Assembly (NCBI GenBank): GCA_002269645.1 | Contig: NIVC01001801.1 | Coordinates: 1-41,222, forward strand | Source: Macrostomum lignano | Taxonomy: Eukaryota | DNA length: 41,222 nucleotides | Direction: 5' to 3' | Part shown: positions 24,001-37,700 of the stretch, one piece after another | Layout of the letters: each line of letters opens with the position of its first letter | Position numbering within the stretch: position 1 is the stretch's first letter | Notes under the pieces: generated by a model | What the model was told of the DNA's origin: nothing | The model's input: the letters and a program-made list of their open reading frames with translations, nothing else | The model's database searches: none | Position numbers and translations under genes: made by a program

Positions 24001-27000
24001 GATCTTGTTCCCACCCCTGCACATCAAATTGAGCCTCATCAAGCAATTCACCAAAGCGCTCGACAAGCAAGGAAAGTGCTTCGAGTATTTGTGCTATGCA
24101 TTTCCGTCACTCACTGAGGAGAAGCTGAAGGCTGGCATATTTGATGGATGCCGATTTTGAGAGATCGATGACGAATGTGGAAAGGGCAGCCTGGCGTGCT
24201 TTTTGCCAGGTGGTCAGCAACTTTCTAGGAAATAGGAAAGCTGACAACTGTCAGGAATTGGTTGGGCAGCCTGGCGTGCTTTTTGCCAGGTGGTCAGCAA
24301 CTTTCTAGGAAATAGGAAAGCTGACAACTGTCAGGAATTGGTTGGGCAGCCTGGCGTGCTTTTGCCAGGTAGTCAGCAACTTTCTAGAAAATAGGAAAGC
24401 TAACAACTGTCAGGAATTGGTTGGGCAGCCTGGCGTGCTTTTTGCCAGGTGGTCAGCAACTTTCTAGAAAATAGGAAAGCTGACAACTGAGGAATTGGTT
24501 GAAAACTTGATGGCTGCATATTGCAGGATAGGGTGTAATATGAGCATCAAGATGCATTACCTGAATTCCCACCTCTCGAGATTTCCGGACAACCTCGGCG
24601 CTTTGAGTGATAAACAAGGAGAGCGCTACCAACAGGACATCAAAACGATGGAGACGCGTTACCAAGGGAGATGGTATGCTGCGATGATGGCTGATTACTG
24701 CTGGTGCTTGAAGCGTGATCAGACAGACAAAATTCATCACAGAAGGCCATAAGAAAACGCCTGCCCTTGACATGAGCTTAGACTTTCGTTTTGCCTGTTT
24801 TATGCATTTATACTTGTTTTTAGTATGCTTGTGTGCACTGCAATGCATAAGGTTGCTAAATGCGACAAAATATAATAGCTAATTGCAGTTCTAATACTTA
24901 CATTAGATAAAGCGATATTTAAAACATGGAAATCAGCGGAAATCAGAGATTTTTAGATTCAGCACATTAAAATTACCTGTAATCAGCTAAAAAACCTCCA
25001 ACCTATTTTTCATTGTTGACCAGTGAATCAGTGGATTAAAACTAAAAAGCTTGGCGGCCCAGGCTCGATTCCAAGCGCAGTCACACTGATTGCAGACAAT
25101 TAACGCCCTTGAGGGCCAACCCAAAAAGGCGCAGTGAAGTGTACATGCCTAACGATAAAGTTAGGGCCGCTGTACACTAAAAACCAGGAGCTCATAGCTC
25201 ATAAATCTTCATAGAAGGAATAGAAATTTCGAAGGGATTGGATAATAGGGGACAGAATTCTACAGAGACAGACAGACCATTATGCTAATTAAAAGAATCC
25301 GTCTAATTATTGGATCGGCGGCTGTGCAACTAACAAAGGCATGTATGAAATGATAGGTGCGACTGACGGCACATCAATTAATTATCCAAACCCTTTGATA
25401 ATAATAATGGCGTTCAATCTTAAGGACAAAATGAATGTTTGGAAACTCTACTTTCGATACATATCGGCGCTCACCTTTTTTCTCTCGTTTACTGCCAGAT
25501 CGGCTGCCAAGCGGTTGGCATTTCTCTGGCAGATCTGGGGCGCTTCTTGAAGCAAATCGAAGCGAACTGTGAAGGCCGCCGAAAAAGCCGCGACGGGCGG
25601 AGCTGTGCTCTTTCGCCTGCTGCTGCCGAGAGGACGACTTTCCGCCCCAAGCTCTGAGGCTGTGCTGCTTGTTACTGGGGCAGCTTTTCTCCTGGCGCTG
25701 CAGCGGCGGCGGTGGAGGCGGCGGCTGCTGGACCGCTGGCGAGTCGAACAGGCCAACGCCGCATCCGCTCTCTAGCAGAAGATAAAACAACATTTTTTTA
25801 AGTTCATTTGCAAATCACTAATAAAACACTAATAAACTACTAGCCACAAAATCTGGACTATTATAGTGTTTATAGAGCCAAATCTGTAAGATAATGGAAA
25901 TAAGGAATCTATAAAGCCACCTTAAGCATCAAAAATCTACACGAGGGGAAACTAAACTCACCCGAAGGAAACCTAAAAAAACTAAAATTACCCTAAGGTA
26001 ACCTAAAAAACTAAACCCATCCCAAGGTAACCTAAAAAAACTTAAATTACCCTAAGGTAACCTAAAAAACTAAACCCATCCAAAGTCTAAAAAACTAAAC
26101 CCGACCTAACTGAAACCTAAAAAACTAAACCCAATCTGAGGAAACCTAAACAACTAAAATTACGCCAAGGTAACCTAAAAAACTAAACTCATTCTAAGGT
26201 AACCTAAAAAACTAAACCCATCTCAAGGTAACCTAAAAAACTAAACCCATCTCAAGGTAACCTAAAAAACTAAACACATCCTAAGGAAACCTAAAAAACT
26301 AAGGCTACCTTAAGATTACCCTAAGAAAAACTAAAAAAACTAAATCCGACCTAAAGGTAAACTAAAAAACTAAACCAAACCTACACCAGTGCAAGTAACC
26401 AACACGTCAACCAGTGGACAATCAATCAACCAATGAACTCACGTGACATCAAAGAGCCGCCGCCGCCGCCGAAGCCGGCAAAGCTGAGCTGCTCGTGGCT
26501 GACATGAAACAGGTGCTTCACGTCCGTCGGCTGCGAGATATTCAACGAAGCGCCGCCGTCGGCTGGAATGTCGATACTGACATTGCCGGCGGCGTCTCCG
26601 TTGCTAGGGGCAACCGGGTGCGAGTTCGGCACCGAGTGGTTGCCGCCGGCGCCGGCCGAAGAGCGCAGAAACGACAATCCGCCGTGACGTCGAAATGTCG
26701 ACCTACGCGGCGGTTTCGGCGGCGTGTGCTGCGCGGCGTAGGCGGCCGCGGCCGCGGTGGAAGACTGCAGCTGCACCTGCAGCAGCGAGATGGTCAACTC
26801 GCGCGACAGGACTTCGATTTCGTGCTGCCTTTGCTGCTCGGCGATGCGCTGCTCCAGCATCCGCATTCGAAGCTCGGCGTCCACCAGCTGCCGATCTTTC
26901 TCTTCAAGCTGGCGCTCCTTGTCTCGGAGCTGGTCGAATGCGGCCTGAACCTGCTGGCGCCAGTCCGCCTGCGGGGGCGAATGGGGTTTCCATTGGTTTC

Positions 27001-27345
27001 AATTAGGTTCCTTAGGTTTTCATTGGATTCCTTCGATTGCGATTAGTTTCCATTGGATTTTATTGGCTTCCATTAGTTTCCATGTGTTTTTATAGGTTTT
27101 TATGGGTTCTCATTAGTTTCCATTGGTTTCCATTGGTTTCCATGGGTTCCATTGGTTTCCATTGGTTCCATTGGTTTCCATGGGTTCCATTGGTTTCCAT
27201 TGGTTTCCATGGGTTTTATTGGTTTCCATTGGTTTCCATGGGTTTACAAGGGTTTTCATATTAGACCCTATTGAGTTCCATTTGGTTTCACTGGGTTTCC
27301 TTTGGGTTTCCCATCGGAATCTATCGAGCTGTATGGCTTCTATTA

Positions 27346-27385
<40 letters not shown>

Positions 27386-28916
27386 CTCTCTCTCTCTCTC
27401 TGGCCTGACGAAGAGGCCAGAGGCTCGAAACCGGTAGCCCAGATTTAATTAATTATTTTTTAAAAACGCCGTGACTTCTCTTCTCTCTCTTTCTCTTTCT
27501 CTCCTCACCTGCAGTTCATCGAAGTCGTCAAAGCCGACACTGGCGATGTCCTTCAATCTGTGCAGCACCTCGGCAAACGCTGGCCGACCTTCCGGCGCCT
27601 CGGACCAGCAGTCCTCGAGCAGGCGACGGAACCCAACGGGACAGCCGTCGGGAATGGGCAGCCGGAACAGGCCCCTGGCTACATTGTACATGATCTGGTA
27701 GGGCAGCAGGTTGGCGTAAGGCACCTCCCCGGTCAGCAGTTCCCAGAGCACGACGCCGTAGGACCAGACATCGGCGTGCCAGGTGTAGGGGCACTGGCCG
27801 CGCAGCTGCTCCGGACTCATGTAGGCGTGAGTCCCGACACCGCCTGGGCCGCCGGTTTGGTCAGCAGCCGCAGCGGCGGCAGCGGCTACGGCCGAGGAGG
27901 TCGCAGAATCATCGTTGGCAGCAGTAGCGGGTTCAACATCGGGCAGAGTTATGCAGCACTGTTTGGCCAGGCCGAAATCTGAGATTAATAATACCTGACG
28001 ATTGAGCAGCCAGTCGCGCTGGCGCTCATGCTCAGCCAGGTCGTCGATTGATTCGGCATCGGCTTGAGGCGGCGGCATTGCGTGTTTTAGCAGGACTGGG
28101 TGTTGAGAAAGAAAACAGAAAATGAATTAAAATAGTGTATTTTCTACTTTAAAATTGTTTTTTACCGTATACTACTTATAAGAAAAACGTTTGTCAGTAG
28201 TATTATTTGAATATTAAAGAAACGATAACCATCGATTTCACGCCTCAAAAAGCTATTGCCTTAGTTTAGCTATTTCCAAGAAAATTTTTAACTAAAATCT
28301 TCGGTCGCATTTATTTATAATAATTACCTACCATCATACTACTAAGAGCTAATAAAGTCGATGCGGTAGTAGTGTCTAAGCATAATAATGCTTGTGATTG
28401 TGGCGTACTAACCGTGACCAATCTAGCTTAACCTGATTCTAGTCAGTCTTTTAAAACATTATAATGTGGGACTAACTAAATAAATAATCAGCAATAAGTG
28501 TATATTAAATAAAAAATCAACGTATACTACTTAAATGGTCAATAGTACTATGGTATTTTAAATAGTAGCTGATTTATCAAAAATAATCAGGATGCTCATA
28601 CTAAAGTACACATTGGTACATTAGTCTCGCAATCTAGAATAGTGTCGCTAAATTAATCTAAGCAATTGCCCTCGATTCTGTGTGTTGGGACTGAGAAATC
28701 GAAGACTCCTCGCTGAAGTTGCATCAAACTAAATTATTCGTCTTGGCCTGTCTATCATCAGTGCTCGGGGATTCTTCCCTAGCAATTCGACAGTCAACAA
28801 CTCTGAACTGCCTGCCTGTACCATTAAGAATGCTTTGATATATATATATATATATATCAAACTAAAAGTGCTCAGTCAGGCAGGCAGTCAAGCTAAATTC
28901 GATTTCTCTCTCTCTA

Positions 28917-28994
<78 letters not shown>

Positions 28995-31900
28995 GTTAAC
29001 GGCATTATTTATTATTCAATTAAATTATTCATAGCAGCCAATCGATTCATATAACAATAATTGCATTTATTCAGATATTAAAATATTCATCAGTTCATTC
29101 TTCTATTCATCCGCAACGACCGGGATATGCCGGGAACAGAACGGCTTTCAGTGCCACAGCCTGTCAGCCAGTCAGCATTTCTATCTACTGTTCACTATGT
29201 ACAGTATGGCTCAATTGACTGCCCCAGTCTGACCCATACCAGTGTGCCCCATATGCATAGTGTCTACCTATCTAACTATAGTGTCTACCTATCTAACTAT
29301 AGTGTCTACCTATCTAACTATAGTGTCTACATATCTAACTATAGTGTCTACCTATCTAACTATAGTGTCTACCTATCTAACTATAGTGTCTACCTATCTA
29401 ACTATAGTGTCTACCTATCTGCATAGTGTCTACCTATCTGCATAGTGTCTACCTATCTGCATAGTGTCTACCTATCTGCATAGTGTCTACCTATCTGCAT
29501 AGTGTCTACCTATCTGCATAGTGTCTACCTATCTAACTATAGTGTCTACCTATCTAACTTTAGTGTCTACCTATCTAACTATAGTGTCTACCTATCTGCA
29601 TAGTGTCTACCTATCTAACTATAGTGTCTACCTATCTAACTATAGTGTCTACCTATCTAACTATAGTGTCTAACTATCTAACTATAGTGTCTACCTATCT
29701 AACTATAGTGTCTACCTATCTGCATAGTGTCTACCTATCTAACTTTAGTGTCTACCTATCTAACTATAGTGTCTACCTATCTAACTTTAGTGTCTACCTA
29801 TCTAACTATAGTGTCTACCTATCTAACTATAGTGTCTACCTATCTAACTATAGTGTCTACCTATCTAACTATAGTGTCTACCTATCTAACTATAGTGTCT
29901 ACCTATCTGCATAGTGTCTACCTATCTAACTTTAGTGTCTACCTATCTAACTATAGTGTCTACCTATCTAACTATAGTGTCTACCTATCTAACTATAGTG
30001 TCTACCTATCTGCATAGTGTCTACCTATCTAACTATAGTGTCTACCTATCTGCATAGTGTCTACCTATCTAACTATAGTGTCTACCTATCTGCATAGTGT
30101 CTACCTATCTAACTTAGTGTCTACCTATCTAACTATAGTGTCTACCTATCTAACTTAGTGTCTACCTATCTAACTATAGTGTCTACCTATCTAACTATAG
30201 TGTCTACCTATCTAACTATAGTGTCTACCTATCTAACTATAGTGTCTACCTATCTAACTATAGTGTCTACCTATCTGCATAGTGTCTACCTATCTAACTT
30301 TAGTGTCTACCTATCTAACTATAGTGTCTACCTATCTAACTTTAGTGTCTACCTATCTAACTATAGTGTCTACCTATCTAACTATAGTGTCTACCTATCT
30401 AACTATAGTGTCTACCTATCTAACTATAGTGTCTACCTATCTAACTATAGTGTCTACCTATCTAACTATAGTGTCTACCTATCTGCATAGTGTCTACCTA
30501 TCTAACTTAGTGTCTACCTATCTAACTATAGTGTCTACCTATCTAACTATAGTGTCTACCTATCTAACTATAGTGTCTACCTATCTGCATAGTGTCTACC
30601 TATCTAACTATAGTGTCTACCTATCTAACTATAGTGTCTACCTATCTGCAGATAGTGTCTTCTACCTATCTACTATAGTGTCTACCTATCTAACTATAGT
30701 GTCTACCTTTCTACCCGCAGTGTCTACCTACCTACCTGTAGTGTCTATCTACCTGTAGTGTCTACCCATCCAACTATAGTGTCTACCTATCGACCTGCAG
30801 TGTCTACCTATCTACCTGTAGTGTCCATCTACCTGTAGTGTCTACCTATCTACCTGTAGTGTCTACCTATCTACCTGTAGTGTCTACCTATCTACCTGTA
30901 GTGTCTATCTACCTGTAGTGTCTACCTATCTACCTGCAGTGTCTACCTATCTACCTGTAGTGTCTACCTATCTACCTGTAGTGTCTATCTACCTGTAGTG
31001 TCTATCTACCTGTAGTAACTATCTACCTGTAGTGTCTACCTATCTACCTGTAATGTCTACCAATTTACGTATCCAAGCCCAATCTCCTACCCAGGTACGC
31101 AGAGCCACTCACTGTTGCTAGACTTCAGGTCCCGGTGGAAGACGGTCACAGGTGCGCCCTCGTGCAGGAATCGCATGGCCTCGGCCACCTGTCCGGCCCA
31201 GTTCACAATCACGTCCGGTGGAAGTCGCCGGCCGCGTAAAAAATTATTAAGAGCTCCGCCAGCGGCAAATTGCAACAGCAGAGCGGGTGGCGGCTCGGCC
31301 ACAATGGCCAGAACTCGGACAATGTTCGGGTGGCGGCACAGCCAGATAAGCTCGGCCTCCCGGCGCACCTGGTCGGGGCAGAAGCCGCTGCCGAACAGTT
31401 TCACTGCGACTGGCTGGCCGCGCCAGGTGGCTCGGTGGACTTCGGCGAAGCCACCAGATCCGAGGAGACAGTCGTATGCGATCTCATCGGATGAGACCGT
31501 GGGTGGCGACTGCTGCTGCTCATGCTCATGCTGATGATGCCCATGAGGATCTTGCTGATGCTGGGGAACGCTGTGGGGTGGATGAAAGATGCAGGTGTCT
31601 ATTGAAGTGCTTTGTTTTTTTTTTAAACTGGGAAAATCAGATCAAACAGATTATTTTACACAGCGGCACAGATCAAACAGATTATATTACAGTGGCACAG
31701 ATCAAACAGAGTATATTACACAGCGGCACAGATCAAACAGATTATATTACACAGCGGCACAGATCAAACAGATTATATTACACAGCGGCACATCAAACAG
31801 ATTATATTACACAGCGGCGCAGATCAAACAGATTATATTACACAGCGGCACAGTTCAAACAGATTATATTACACAGCGGCACAGATCAAACAGATTATAT

Positions 31901-32847
31901 TACACAGCGGCACAGATCAAACAGATTATATTACACAGCGGCACAGATCAAACAGATTTAATTACACAGCAGCACAGATCAAACAGATTTAACTACACAG
32001 CGGCACAGATCAAACAGATTTAATTACACAGCGGCGCAGATCAAACAGATTATATTACACAGCGGCACAGTTCAAACAGATTATATTACACAGCGGCACA
32101 GATCAAACAGATTATATTACACAGCGGCGCAGATCAAACAGATTTAATTACACAGCGGCACAGATCAAACAGATTTTATTACACAGCGGCACAGATCAAA
32201 CAGATTATATTACACAGCGGCGCAGATCAAACAGATTTAATTACACAGCGGAACAGATCAAACAGATTATATTACACAGCGGCACAGATCAAACAGATTT
32301 AATTACACAGCGGCACAGATCAAACAGATTATATTACACAGCGGCACAGATAAAACAGATTATATTACACAGCGGCACACATCAAATAGATTTATCATAG
32401 AACGGCACAGATCAAACACAATCTCAATATATCATCAATGCTGGATACAGAATAACCCAGAAGCAATATTCACCTTCCAACTGCCTGCACCTCCTGCTGA
32501 CAGGCGCTGGCAATCTCAGCAGACGGTCGAACAAAATTTCCTGGCAACAATTTGAGCACGGTACGCTGAGATTCTGGCCTGGAATATTCTCCAGCGCTTG
32601 CACCTCCCTGGCTAGGAGAAGCCGGCGCAATGGCTACAAACCAGCCCTCGTCCCGACTGTCTCGAGGATCGCGAGATACAACAAGAATCCTAGCGCCAGC
32701 CGTGAAGCTGAGTTCGTCATCATCGGCGCCAGTATAGGAGGCAATGGCGGTGTACTGCAGCGGAGGATCGAGGTACTCGGCCCACACCGGATTGGAGTCC
32801 TGCCTCTCTAGCTGATGCTGATGCTGCTGAGTACTTTGAGCAGACAT
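20016..32847 (-). CDS. MLK: Mixed-lineage kinase (MAP3K9/10/11/21, slipper-like): SH3, TKL kinase, leucine zipper, CRIB; 7 exons, 1106 aa
   Basis: Exons 32847-32474, 31570-31113, 28095-27509, 26968-26443, 25771-25475, 22440-22231 and 20884-20016 total 3321 nt, with all AG/GT phases consistent. SH3: YTAIASYTGADDDELSF...EGWF...LPGNFV. Kinase: GSGGFAEV, VAVK, REAE, HRDLKSSN|ILL, ISDFGLA, GTHAYMSPE, DVWSYGVVLWELLTGEVPY. Zipper: DWRQQVQAAFDQLRDKERQLEE. CRIB: ISQPTDVKHLFHV. The exon F donor and exact start codon are less certain. Confidence 0.9.
21907..22140. repeat. Four copies of a ~65-70 bp tandem repeat with core CGGCATGTACATTGYTTCTATTTATAGACTAGCGCTT
   Basis: Direct reading. Confidence 0.9.
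22763..25025 (+). mobile_element. Decayed autonomous DNA transposon, probably Chapaev3/CMC superfamily, inside an MLK intron
   Basis: Termini are CACTGGCCAAC (22763) and GTTGACCAGTG (25025). Imperfect subterminal inverted repeats (agctgatt..ctgaatc.aaaaatc) lie at both ends. Transposase remnants across 23086-24752 in shifting frames: FCYICGEY, WREPSNHISDCYFC, VICVDLKMVNFL.GQQSGYTKFPCFLCMWDSR, PPLHIKL.LIKQF, KAGIFDG, SIKMHYLNSHL..FPDNLGALSD.QGER..QDI..ME.RYQG.W...MMADYCW. It has frameshifts and deletions. The superfamily call rests on recalled motifs and the CACTG ends. Confidence 0.8.
25049..25175 (+). mobile_element. SINE family 2, 5'-truncated copy with 8-bp TSD
   Basis: Homologous to 7545-7895 with a single gagggccaaccc unit. 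It is flanked by ACTAAAAA at 25041-25048 and 25176-25183. Confidence 0.75.
25960..26385. repeat. Degenerate ~31-bp repeat (AAGGTAACCTAAAAAACTAAA...)
   Basis: About 13 units in an MLK intron. Confidence 0.9.
26983..27400. repeat. (GGTTTCCATK)n 10-bp repeat followed by (CA)n(CT)n
   Basis: Direct reading; fills the MLK intron 26969-27508. Confidence 0.92.
28903..28992. repeat. (CT)n microsatellite
   Basis: Direct reading. Confidence 0.97.
29268..31052. repeat. 19-21 bp minisatellite (TAGTGTCTACCTATCTAACTA / ...CTGCA / ...CTACCTG)
   Basis: About 85 units; the variant type changes toward the right end. Confidence 0.97.
31637..32420. repeat. 31-bp minisatellite (CAGATCAAACAGATTATATTACACAGCGGCA)n
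   Basis: About 25 units. Confidence 0.97.
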
Positions 32848-35800
32848 GAGTGTCTTAAAAATAAAAAGATTTGTTTCGCAGCCCCTGTTCTGCTGGTCAA
32901 ATCTAGCAGACTGAATTTGAGATTCAACTTCAGCAGGGCAAAGACACTGAAGTGGATTGATTGAGTTATTAATAAAATACAAACAGGCATTATATTTTAA
33001 AATAATAGTCATATTTAGAAAGCATAGCTTTGCTAAAGGACAGGAAACTTATGATTCTTGGAAAATTTAAGAAAGCAAGTTTTGCAAAAAATGCTTACAG
33101 AGATTACACACAAAAATTGTTTTTGCTTTTGATAGGAGACAGACCCAATATTTATCTTTTGATGTGCTTAACCTTTTTATAGCTCTATTGATATTCAGAA
33201 AGCTTCATTTAGAAAATTAGGATTTTATCTTTATTTTATATTCCTGTGTCCAAGTCTTTAAAATGACACAGCTTGACTTATTAGTTTTATGAATCTATTT
33301 TATCATACTTAGCTTAATGACTACATAACAAAATGTCCAATTGATAAATAGATTTGCTTTTAAGACTAGTTTTGAAACAAATCTGCCTTGGTCACCCTGT
33401 CACCTGGCCAAATTGGCTGGGTCAGCCAGGTTTTGCACATGTATGGTTAGTGCAACATTCTTATATCATTGTGTAAGATTGTGTAAAAATGGAAATTATA
33501 TATATCAATTATAGCTTAATATTCAAGGGCTCTTTGATATATAATATTGAGGCAGAAAGCCTTTTTAGTTTAATAGATAGAATGGCAACAAATATTTTGC
33601 ACTGCTTGGCACATATATTTATATTTACAAACAGCACAAGATTGAGGGGCCTAGGGAAGTGCAAAAAGATAGCGTGGTGCATACTACCCACCTTAGCTAG
33701 ACCTGGAGGTTACATTATAAATATAATTGTAATGTAATACAAATGTATTGTAATACAAATATTAGTGTAAATATTACATTAGAATTCTACCATAGATTTA
33801 GATTTGTTGCAAACAAAAAAATATTTTTTTTTAAATTAATTTAAATATCACAATTGTCAAGGTTTGGGATTTTTAGTTTTTATTTAGTTATTATTAGGGC
33901 TTTGTTATTATTGTCTATAGTTACAGGTACTTAATAGATTTGACAGCTTTTAGATAGAAAAAATAGATATATAAAACATATTTCCTATATCAAAAAACAT
34001 ATGATATGAGTGCAACACTTAGTTGAGCTAGGCCTAGGCCCTAATTGTGAACTCTGCCTTTGATTCACTAACAACATGTCCCAATTCTTTTTAACAGATT
34101 TTTTAATTTAATATTATATAACTTTTAAAAATTGCAATAAAAAAGTTACAAATACAAAAAGAATCTTATAATAAGCCTAAATCTTAGTTGACTTGCAGAA
34201 TCTCATTATAAAAAATAAGGTAGACCTAAATAAGTTTCGTAGCTTCATTTAACTTTTTCTTTTTGAAAAGTTGTTTCCTCTGCTAGCAGTCTGCCAATAG
34301 AATATGCATGCAAATGGCATGCAAATGTTAGGCCTAGATTATTAAATCAAAATTTCAAAGTTTTGCAACAAATTTAGTTTTAGGCCTAGTCTAACATTTT
34401 AAAAAATCAAGTTTTTCTTGATAAAAATGCTATTGCTAGTGTTAATAAACCTGTGTTCTATTTCTATAAAATTATTATGTACAATGTCAACAGTTAGGCC
34501 CTTTTAGGCTTATAAAACAAAAAGCAATATAAATTAAAGATAAAGAATACCTTTTTCACAAAAAACTTTTTAACAATAGGCCTATGGCAGTATGGCTATT
34601 ATATTTGGATTTCTTTTGAGATAATGAAAACTAAGCTTAGGTCTATAAAATCTCCTTGGTAAAAAGACTTATTAAAAAACTGTGCATTGTGCTGTGGAAT
34701 CGGGGGGCCTACACGAAAAATCAGGCATTTGTATTTTCAAAATTGAACAACAACGTCAGTCGTCAATGGTTAGGCTAGGCCTAGACGCTAGACCTAGTTC
34801 TAGTTCCTACCTAAGTCAGTCCTAAATGACTGAATCAGTATGCTGTATAAAAACGGCTTATAAACCGATTGTTGTTTTAAAATATAGGTTTAGCTGTACG
34901 TTTATGCACACTATCTCCATTCATTTAGCAAGTAAGGCTACAAGAGACCACACTAGTGCCGATGCACTAACCTTACTACACACAGGTCTGTTTTCTAACA
35001 AAATAGCAGTACGAATATTTATAAAAATGCTTTTGTAAACAATTAAGGTGGTTTTTCTAAAAACTTTCCTATGTGCTTTCTTAAATAAGGTTTAGCATTT
35101 AAACGTAAGCAAACGGGTTTACATATTAGTTTGTTATAACTTTCAGCCGTCTTCATTTTCACCACCTCCGCTATCCGCTCCCACACTCTCCACCAACTAC
35201 GAGGCTTTTCATATTACCAATTCCAGAATCAGAATCGGTTCGGATCTTCCAAGAAAAACAGCAAATATTTAATTCTGTTGAATTTTTGACTGCCTTAACA
35301 ACCTCACTTAGCACAATTTTTCACTTTCTTCTAGGCGATTGTCATTCAATAATAAAAACTTTATAGCACGTATCTCCCTCTAGTTATGGAGACAAAAAGT
35401 TGATGCTTCACAAATTTGTTCTGGTTCTGGAACCATAACAAGCAATATGAAAAGGCCCTACCTCACCATCTCCGCTCCCTTACTACTCTCCACCAAAGTC
35501 ATGTGGTACTAGTTTGAACGAAGATTTTATTAGTATAATAACTCAACGTCTTGCATAATTGCTGGAATTTCCAATGCATGTGAATAATATATATTAATAT
35601 ATTTGAATAAACAGCGAGCTTTAGGCCAAATATGCACAAAAATACGAAACTAAGTTAATCATTCAGAATATAGAAAGCAGGTGCATCCGTATATTGTACT
35701 CAGCGTAGCATTAAAGTAAAATAATATATTATAATACTATTACTATATTATTGCGCCTGTTTTACTTTTATTCCTTAATCCTAGATACTATCCAAAGCTT

Positions 35801-37089
35801 CCAATTCGAAATCAATCGCATTCGCAGCTGCAGGCTACAGCAAATTGTTTACCGATCATTAATAGAAAATTCGTAATTTAAATATCAAAGATAAAAATAC
35901 AGGTGCCTGCACGTTTACACTGGACATGTACCACATTTGTATCTAAACTGTAAACAAACACGGCAGTGGTTTGGAAAATTAATAAACCAAGTCATATCCT
36001 AAGAATTTTTGAATTAACGCCACTTACTCCGCTTCTCGGGCCAAAAGTTATTTAAATATAGCAATTGCACCCGTATAGCGGATGGACTAAAATTATTAAT
36101 ATTTTTCATTCCAATAAGTTGGCTGGGCGATTAATAATATGGATTAGTTTATTTTATAATTCACACTACGTATACACTTATTGTAAATAAAATATTACAG
36201 ATTAGTTTATCACGATAGTGAATTGCGTGGAGGATAACAGTCTGGCGCAATGTTGCAGAAAATAAAAGTTATTATTCGAGACATAAGAAAATCTATTTGC
36301 ATAGCAACGTCGGTTGTTTTCTTTCGTTCTGACCAACTTTTAAATAAATCAGTCATCAGAAATATTTCGATAATTTTATGCACGCAAAAAACCCGTGTTG
36401 CTTTGCAAGTCTTTAGGAAAATTGTAACAAAATAAAAAAAGCATTTTTTCATTAAGCTTAGCGCGTAACTCGCAGCAAAAACGACAAAATTAAACTATTG
36501 GAAAATTTGCGGAATTAAAGCCAAATTTAGCAACGCAAGCACAACATAAAGATATTCGCCGTTTATATTAAAAACTTTAGAATTTTATATTAATACAACA
36601 ATTAAAATATATGTAAACATTTGAAGACTGTAGAAAGCTTGTCAATCTTTTAATATAGTACTTTATAAGTAGACTAATATTGAATATTTTACTGAACTTT
36701 CCGTGGCCTGTGAACTATCTATTGTCTTACCATCTATTAGATTGAAAATGAATCACAACAGTGAAACAAACAAAAATATAGCGTATGAAAAAAACAAAGA
36801 CGATGTTAATTAATATTGAGGGACGAATTATGAAAAATTATCTCGTCAATCATGATTATAAAAAGTGAGTTGCTTGGGTTTATATTTTGTTTAACTTCGC
36901 TCGCAACAAAACATTTAAGCGGTCGGCAGCGGCTCCTCTTCCAGACAGGCTGCGGGCTTTGTCTCCATCAGCTCGCCGGTGAAGAGGCTGCAAACGATTA
37001 AGGAAATTGAAAATAGAATTTGAACATCGCGAGGTTAACAGTATCGATAGGGAATACCAAAAAATCCAATATAGAAATTTTAAATTTAA

Positions 37090-37700
37090 ATAATAAACTT
37101 TAAAGTTAGAAGGGATATCCCAATAATGAACTTTCAAGTTGGAAGGGAAATCCCAAGAGCGAACTTTAAAGTTCAAGGGAAATCCCAAGAATGAACGTTC
37201 AAGTTGGAAGGGAAATCCCAAGAGCGAACTTTAAAGTTCAAGGGAAATCCCAAGAATGAACTTTAAAGTTAGAAGGGAAATCCCAATAATGAACGTTCAA
37301 GTTGGAAGGGAAATCCCAAGAGCGAACTTTAAAGTTGGAAGGGAAATCCCAAGAATGAACTTTAAAGTTAGAAGGAAATCCCAATAATGAACGTTCAAGT
37401 TGGAAGGGAAATCCCAAGAGCGAACTTTAAAGTTGGAAGGGAAATCCCAAGAATGAACTTTAAAGTTGGAAGGGAAATCCCAAGAATGAACTTAAAAGTT
37501 GGAAGGGAAATCCCAAGAATGAACTTTAAAGTTGGAAGGGAAATCCCAAGAATGAACTTAAAAGTTGGAAGGGAAATCCCAAGAATGAACTTTAAAGTTG
37601 GAAGGGAAATCCCAAGAATTAACTTCAAAGTTGGAAGGGAAATCCCAATAGCCAACTGTAAAGTTCAAGGGGAAATCCCAAGAATGAACTCCCAAAGTTC
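37090..37700. repeat. 33-bp minisatellite (AAAGTTGGAAGGGAAATCCCAAGAATGAACTTT)n
   Basis: About 18 units in the last intron of the ODC-like gene. Confidence 0.96.

Noticed and set aside
35150-35510. Possible MLK promoter or 5'UTR exons (two imperfect ~40-nt direct repeats)
   Set aside because: No supportable splice or TSS evidence from sequence alone.
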